From Blautia sp. (GTDB taxonomy: Bacteria; Bacillota; Clostridia; Lachnospirales; Lachnospiraceae): a stretch of DNA of 64,000 nt. Under the pieces are notes generated by a model. The model was not told the DNA's origin, ran no database searches, and worked only from the letters and a program-made list of their open reading frames with translations. Numbering within the stretch: the first letter of the stretch is position 1; every line of letters begins with the position of its first letter. Of the stretch, positions 58,771 to 64,000 are shown in pieces. Location: positions 20,516 to 84,515 of the forward strand of contig JAFWGA010000036.1 of the NCBI GenBank assembly GCA_017515325.1, in the 5' to 3' direction. A program made the translations under genes and the position numbers.

Positions 58771-60489
58771 ATGGAAAAATGGGTAGTGACATCAAAAAAA
58801 TCAGATTTTAAGAAAACAGGAATTGAATTCGGGATAGATCCGGTCGTTGCCAGGTTGATCCATAACCGGGATATTGTCGGAAATGAAGCGATACAGCTTT
58901 ATCTGCATGGGACGCTGCAGGATCTGCCTTCTGTCTGGCAGATGAAGGATATGGAGCTTTGCGTGAATATCCTCAGGGAAAAGATTCAGGAAAAGAAAAA
59001 GATCCGCGTTCTGGGAGATTATGACATCGATGGAGTGATGGCGACCTACATTCTGGTCACCGGTCTGGAAGAGCTGGGAGCACAGGTGGACACTTGTATT
59101 CCCGACAGAATCCAGGATGGCTATGGTATCCATCAGCATCTGATTGATCAGGCGATAGCGGAGGGGGTGGATACCATCCTGACCTGTGATAATGGGATAT
59201 CAGCCAGGGATGAGATCTCCTATGCCAAAGCGCAGGGATTGACGGTACTGGTAACGGACCACCATGATATTCCCTTTGAGGAAAGTCAGGGGGAAAGGAA
59301 AGCCCTGCTTCCTCCTGCCGATGCCATCCTGAACCCCAAGCAGCCTGGCTGCCCTTACCCTTACAAGAATCTCTGTGGAGCTGTCATCGCCTTTAAGCTG
59401 ATCCTGGCCTTGTATGAGAGAATGGAGGCTGAACCGGAGAAGGCAATGGCTTTTCTGGAATATGCTGCCTTTGCCACCATTGGAGATGTGATGGAGCTGA
59501 CGGGGGAGAATCGTATCCTGGTGAAGGAGGGGCTGAAAGCTCTGAACAAGACACAGAACGAGGGACTCAGGCAGCTGATTCTGGTGAATCATCTGGATAA
59601 GGCTGTGCTTAGCCCTTATCATATCGGTTTTGTCCTTGGCCCCTGTATCAATGCCAGCGGCCGCCTGGAAACAGCCAGGCTTTCTCTGGAACTTTTGCAG
59701 GAAAAAGATCCGGCCAAGGCAAAGGAAAAGGCAGAGGAGCTTCATGAATTGAACAAGACCAGACAGGAGCTGACAGAGGCCGGGAAGGAGCAGGCTCTGG
59801 CTATGGTGAGAGAAGGAAGCTTCCGCAATGACCGTGTCCTTGTTCTTTTCCTTGAAGATTGCCAGGAGAGTATCGCCGGTATCATTGCCGGCAGGGTCAG
59901 AGAGGCTTTTCACCGTCCCTGCTTTATCATTACCCGAGGGAAGGAGGACTGCAAGGGAAGCGGTCGTTCCATAGAGGACTATGCCATGAGCGAGGAGCTG
60001 GGGAAATGCCAGGATCTGTTGGTACAGTTCGGCGGGCATCCCATGGCAGCAGGTCTGACCATCAAGGAAGAGAATATTCCTGAGCTTCGCCGCAGGCTGA
60101 ATGAGAACTGCAGGCTGACGGCAGCGGATCTGGCGGATAAAATTGTCATTGACGCAGCCATGCCTATTGCCTATATCTCCAAATGGCTGGTCAATCAGAT
60201 TCATTTGCTGGAGCCCTTTGGGAACGGAAACCCGAGACCCTTGTTCGCCCAGAAGGATCTCCACGCGATAGATGCCAGGATCGTCGGACGTAACCACAAT
60301 GCAGTGAAGCTGCGTCTGGGGGATGCCCATGGTGTCAGCCATTCTGCCGTCTATTTCGGTGATGCCCAGAAGTTCATTGACGAAATTCATGTAAGGGATC
60401 GTCTTGCTGTCACCTATTATCCAGAGATCAATGTCTATCAGGGACGCGAAAACCTGCAGATCATTATCCAGAATTATAAGGTGTATTGA
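58771..60489 (+). CDS. recJ: ssDNA exonuclease RecJ
   Basis: GDYDIDG, TCDNG, TDHH, GSGRS, FGGHPMAAG. Confidence 0.95.
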   Translation: MEKWVVTSKKSDFKKTGIEFGIDPVVARLIHNRDIVGNEAIQLYLHGTLQDLPSVWQMKDMELCVNILREKIQEKKKIRVLGDYDIDGVMATYILVTGLEELGAQVDTCIPDRIQDGYGIHQHLIDQAIAEGVDTILTCDNGISARDEISYAKAQGLTVLVTDHHDIPFEESQGERKALLPPADAILNPKQPGCPYPYKNLCGAVIAFKLILALYERMEAEPEKAMAFLEYAAFATIGDVMELTGENRILVKEGLKALNKTQNEGLRQLILVNHLDKAVLSPYHIGFVLGPCINASGRLETARLSLELLQEKDPAKAKEKAEELHELNKTRQELTEAGKEQALAMVREGSFRNDRVLVLFLEDCQESIAGIIAGRVREAFHRPCFIITRGKEDCKGSGRSIEDYAMSEELGKCQDLLVQFGGHPMAAGLTIKEENIPELRRRLNENCRLTAADLADKIVIDAAMPIAYISKWLVNQIHLLEPFGNGNPRPLFAQKDLHAIDARIVGRNHNAVKLRLGDAHGVSHSAVYFGDAQKFIDEIHVRDRLAVTYYPEINVYQGRENLQIIIQNYKVY

Positions 60490-60562
60490 ATCGCGGCAGC
60501 AATGGAAATAGAAAACCGAATCGGCCGCCATCTCTATGAAAGTCAGGAGGCAGCATACAGAC

Positions 60563-61408
60563 ATGGGAATCATCAAAGCATTAGGACTTGTGTTTGATTA
60601 CCTTAAATATGACGAGGAAGGCAATGTGGAGGACACACAGCGGGCCATTGACGATGTCTCCCTGGATATCGAAGAGGGGGACTTCATTGCCATTCTGGGA
60701 CATAACGGTTCCGGAAAATCCACCCTTGCCAAGCATATGAATGCTCTGCTTCTCCCCACAGAGGGCACGATGTGGGTGGAAGGAATCGATACATCCAAGG
60801 AGGAAAAGCTCTGGAGGATCCGGCAGAAGGCGGGAATGGTTTTTCAGAATCCGGACAATCAGATCATTGCCTCTGTGGTGGAGGAGGATGTTGGTTTTGG
60901 GCCGGAAAACATGGGGATCCCCACGGAGAAGATCTGGAAACGGGTGGATGATTCCCTGAAGGCTGTGGGCATGCTTTCCTACCGGAACCATTCGCCCAAT
61001 CGTCTCTCCGGAGGCCAGAAGCAGAGGGTTGCCATCGCAGGAGTGATGGCCATGCGGCCAAAATGTATTGTCCTGGATGAGCCGACAGCCATGTTGGACC
61101 CCATTGGCCGCAGAGAGGTACTGGATGCGGTCCATGAGCTTAACCGTGAGGCGGGGGTCACTGTGATCCTGATCACCCATTATATGGAGGAAGCCATAGA
61201 AGCAGACAAGGTATTTGTGATGGATAACGGTAAGGTCGTCATGCAGGGAAGTCCCCGTGAGGTATTTTCCCAGGTGGAGACCCTGAAGAGCTATCGCCTG
61301 GATGTGCCCCAGGTCACCGAGCTTGCCTACGAGCTGAGTCAGGCGGGGGTGAAACTGCCCCAGGGGATACTGACCATAGAAGAACTGGAGGAAGCCTTAT
61401 GCCGATAG
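60563..61408 (+). CDS. ecfA1: ECF transporter ATPase A1
   Basis: [23 protein letters not shown]. Confidence 0.92.
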   Translation: MGIIKALGLVFDYLKYDEEGNVEDTQRAIDDVSLDIEEGDFIAILGHNGSGKSTLAKHMNALLLPTEGTMWVEGIDTSKEEKLWRIRQKAGMVFQNPDNQIIASVVEEDVGFGPENMGIPTEKIWKRVDDSLKAVGMLSYRNHSPNRLSGGQKQRVAIAGVMAMRPKCIVLDEPTAMLDPIGRREVLDAVHELNREAGVTVILITHYMEEAIEADKVFVMDNGKVVMQGSPREVFSQVETLKSYRLDVPQVTELAYELSQAGVKLPQGILTIEELEEALCR

Positions 61409-62286
61409 AATGCAAGGATGTTTCTTTTACCTATGCTCCCGCAACGGCTTACGAGATCCATGCCCTGAAGAATATCAATCTCAGGATCGAGGATCATGAG
61501 TTCATCGGGATCATCGGTCATACAGGCAGTGGAAAATCTACCTTGATTCAACATTTCAATGCCCTGATCCAGCCGACCTCGGGAACCATCCTTTATAATG
61601 GGGAGGATATCTGGGGGCAGAATTATAATCGCAGAACCCTGCGGTCGGAGGTGGGGCTGGCTTTTCAGTATCCGGAGCACCAGCTCTTTGAGAACGATGT
61701 CCTTTCCGATGTCTGTTTCGGTCCTATGAACCAGGGCTTGACACGGGAGGAGGCAGAGCCTGAAGCCAGAAAAGCCCTCCTGCAGGTAGGTTTTAAAGAG
61801 AAAAATTTTCTGAAATCTCCCTTTGAGCTTTCCGGAGGACAGAAGAAGAGGGCGGCCATTGCGGGGGTTCTGGCCATGAATCCCAAGATTCTGATTCTGG
61901 ATGAGCCGACGGCAGGACTGGATCCCAGGGGAAGGGACAATATCCTGGATCAGATCGCCGAGCTGCAGAGTGTCAGAGGGATTACTATCATCCTGGTATC
62001 CCACAGCATGGAGGATATCGCCAAGTATACCAGGCGTCTGATTGTAATGAATCAGGGAGAGGTGGTCTATGACGATGCCCCCCATGAGGTTTTCAGCCAC
62101 TATGAGGAGCTGGAAAAAATGGGTCTTGCCGCTCCCCAGGTGACTTACCTGATGAATGGCCTGAAAAAACGAGGCTTGCCGGTGGATCTGAAGGCGGATA
62201 CTGTGGCAGAGGCATCAAAGAGTATTCTGAAGGCTCTGCGGGAGGTTGATTCTCCCTTATTGAAGGAAGGGGGAAGCCATGTTTAA
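61399..62286 (+). CDS. ecfA2: ECF transporter ATPase A2
   Basis: [26 protein letters not shown]. Confidence 0.92.
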   Translation: MPIECKDVSFTYAPATAYEIHALKNINLRIEDHEFIGIIGHTGSGKSTLIQHFNALIQPTSGTILYNGEDIWGQNYNRRTLRSEVGLAFQYPEHQLFENDVLSDVCFGPMNQGLTREEAEPEARKALLQVGFKEKNFLKSPFELSGGQKKRAAIAGVLAMNPKILILDEPTAGLDPRGRDNILDQIAELQSVRGITIILVSHSMEDIAKYTRRLIVMNQGEVVYDDAPHEVFSHYEELEKMGLAAPQVTYLMNGLKKRGLPVDLKADTVAEASKSILKALREVDSPLLKEGGSHV

Positions 62287-63082
62287 GGATATTACACTGG
62301 GTCAGTATTATCCAGGGGATTCCGTACTTCACCGGCTGGATCCGAGAACCAAGCTGATCGGTACCCTGGCTTTTATCATATCGGTTTTTATCTTCCATAC
62401 CTTTCCGGGATATGCGGTGGCCACGGTTTTTCTCGCGGCTGTCATCTGGTTGTCCCGGATCCCGCCTCGTCTGATTTTCAAGGGACTGAAGGCGATTATG
62501 CTGCTTCTGATCATCACCGTAATGTTTAACATCTTCCTGACGCCCGGAGAGATCGTGTGGAGCTGGAGGTTTCTGAAGGTGAGCCGGGAAGGACTTTCCC
62601 TTTCCGGGCGTATGGCGATCCGTCTGACTTATCTGGTGACGGGCTCTTCCATCATGACACTGACGACGACTCCTAACCAGCTGACCAATGCCATGGAGTC
62701 TCTTCTGAGGCCGCTCAACCGGATCAATGTGCCGGTTCATGAGATCGCCATGATGATGTCCATTGCCCTTCGTTTTATCCCCATCCTGATGGAGGAGACA
62801 GATAAGATCATGAAGGCCCAGACAGCCCGAGGCGCTGACTTCGAGAGCGGCGGCATCATCAAAAAGGTGAGAAACATGATCCCCTTGCTGGTGCCGCTTT
62901 TCATCTCTGCTTTTCGTCGGGCCAATGACCTGGCCATGGCTATGGAGGCCAGGTGTTATCACGGGGGAGGTGGCAGGACTCAGATGAAGCCCCTTCGCTA
63001 TGCAATGATTGATTACGCTGCTTTCGTGATACTGACCGTCTATTTAGCCATAGGAGCGGTCTTCAGGATAGTGGGAATATAG
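62279..63082 (+). CDS. ecfT: ECF transporter T component
   Basis: LDPRTK, IALRFIP, AQTARG, AMEARCY. Confidence 0.92.
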   Translation: MFKDITLGQYYPGDSVLHRLDPRTKLIGTLAFIISVFIFHTFPGYAVATVFLAAVIWLSRIPPRLIFKGLKAIMLLLIITVMFNIFLTPGEIVWSWRFLKVSREGLSLSGRMAIRLTYLVTGSSIMTLTTTPNQLTNAMESLLRPLNRINVPVHEIAMMMSIALRFIPILMEETDKIMKAQTARGADFESGGIIKKVRNMIPLLVPLFISAFRRANDLAMAMEARCYHGGGGRTQMKPLRYAMIDYAAFVILTVYLAIGAVFRIVGI

Positions 63083-63097
63083 AAGAGGAAGAGACGG

Positions 63098-63835
63098 ATG
63101 AAACGGATCGGAATTGTTGTAGCCTATGATGGGACAAATTACAGTGGCTGGCAGATCCAGCCCAACGCTGTCACCATCCAGGGAATATTGAATGAGACCC
63201 TCTCCCGGCTGATGGGGGAGGAAATTCAGGTCATGGGCGCGAGCCGTACCGATTCAGGCGTTCACGCTCTGGGCAATGTGGCGGTTTTTGATACCAACAC
63301 GCGAATGCCGGGAGAAAAGGTTTCTTATGCCCTGAACCAGTTTCTTCCTCCTGATATCCGGATCCAGCTCTCCGAGGAGGTGGACCCGGATTTTCATCCC
63401 CGCTATTCGGATTCGGAAAAAACCTATCAGTACCGGATCCTCAATCGCAGGTTCCCGATTCCCACAGAGAGGCTCTACTCCTATTTTTATCACTATCACC
63501 TGGATGTAGAGAAGATGAGGGAGGCTACCTCCTACCTCATTGGCCGTCATGATTTTGCCAGCTTTTGCGGGGCAGGCGCCCAGGTGCGGTCCACCGTGAG
63601 AACCATAACCGGGATAGAGGTTTTCAAGGATGGGGATATGATCACCATCCAGGTTTCCGGCACAGGCTTTCTCTATAATATGGTTCGTATCATAGCCGGA
63701 ACCTTGATTGAGATCGGAAACGGGCAGTACCCTCCTGAACGCATGAGGGAAATTCTCGATGCCTGCGACCGGGAAGCGGCCGGACCAACCGCTCCTGCGC
63801 ATGGTTTGACCCTGATGGGGATCCGGTATGAATAA
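63098..63835 (+). CDS. truA: tRNA pseudouridine(38-40) synthase
   Basis: YDGTNYSGWQ, SRTDSGVHA, FLYNMVR. Confidence 0.95.
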   Translation: MKRIGIVVAYDGTNYSGWQIQPNAVTIQGILNETLSRLMGEEIQVMGASRTDSGVHALGNVAVFDTNTRMPGEKVSYALNQFLPPDIRIQLSEEVDPDFHPRYSDSEKTYQYRILNRRFPIPTERLYSYFYHYHLDVEKMREATSYLIGRHDFASFCGAGAQVRSTVRTITGIEVFKDGDMITIQVSGTGFLYNMVRIIAGTLIEIGNGQYPPERMREILDACDREAAGPTAPAHGLTLMGIRYE

Positions 63836-63939
63836 GGGAGCTGGAGCCGGTTCGAAGCCATGATGCGGCTGTAACGGGGCGTCATCGGATTAAGCCGGAG
63901 GGAAGTATCGGTTGAAAACAGGAAAGCAGGACGATAAAA

Positions 63940-64000
63940 ATGAAGAAATGGATCAGCCTGGGCGATAGTATTACAGATTGCGGCAGGCTTTTTTATTATT
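63940..64000 (+). CDS. SGNH/GDSL hydrolase, partial (runs off the window)
   Basis: MKKWISLGDSITDCGR. Confidence 0.7.
   Translation, partial: MKKWISLGDSITDCGRLFYY

Noticed and set aside
6551-60576. Long antisense ORFs (e.g. 6551-8236, 27367-28866, 49212-50666, 59200-60576)
   Set aside because: Shadows of well-supported genes on the opposite strand, with no recognisable motifs.

Overview
Bacterial chromosomal window that looks like a Clostridia (Lachnospiraceae-type) genome, judged from gene content: SCIFF locus, reverse rubrerythrin with PerR, QueT with a preQ1 riboswitch, ECF-truA. About 1-20 kb is an accessory, decaying region. It holds two secreted hypotheticals, a serine-recombinase relic, many truncated or internally deleted cargo genes, a paired ABC transporter, a flavinylated flavocytochrome, gpx, maa, a VWA membrane protein and a CDF transporter, and it is dense in small palindromic elements and MITEs. 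About 20-64 kb is mostly housekeeping: rdgB-trpEG, PBP1A, ppiB, a two-component system, thrC, dgt, pckA, 6S RNA, galM, nrdDG, scfAB, secDF, recJ, ecfAAT, truA. The most unusual signals are: (i) REP-like palindromic elements inserted in frame inside both ABC transporter genes, one of which matches an intergenic tandem array; (ii) a TAA-duplicating MITE whose removal restores a mop gene start; (iii) in-frame deletions that appear to be microhomology-mediated. I found no clear new multi-gene system. All family calls come from recognising motifs by eye; no database searches were run.
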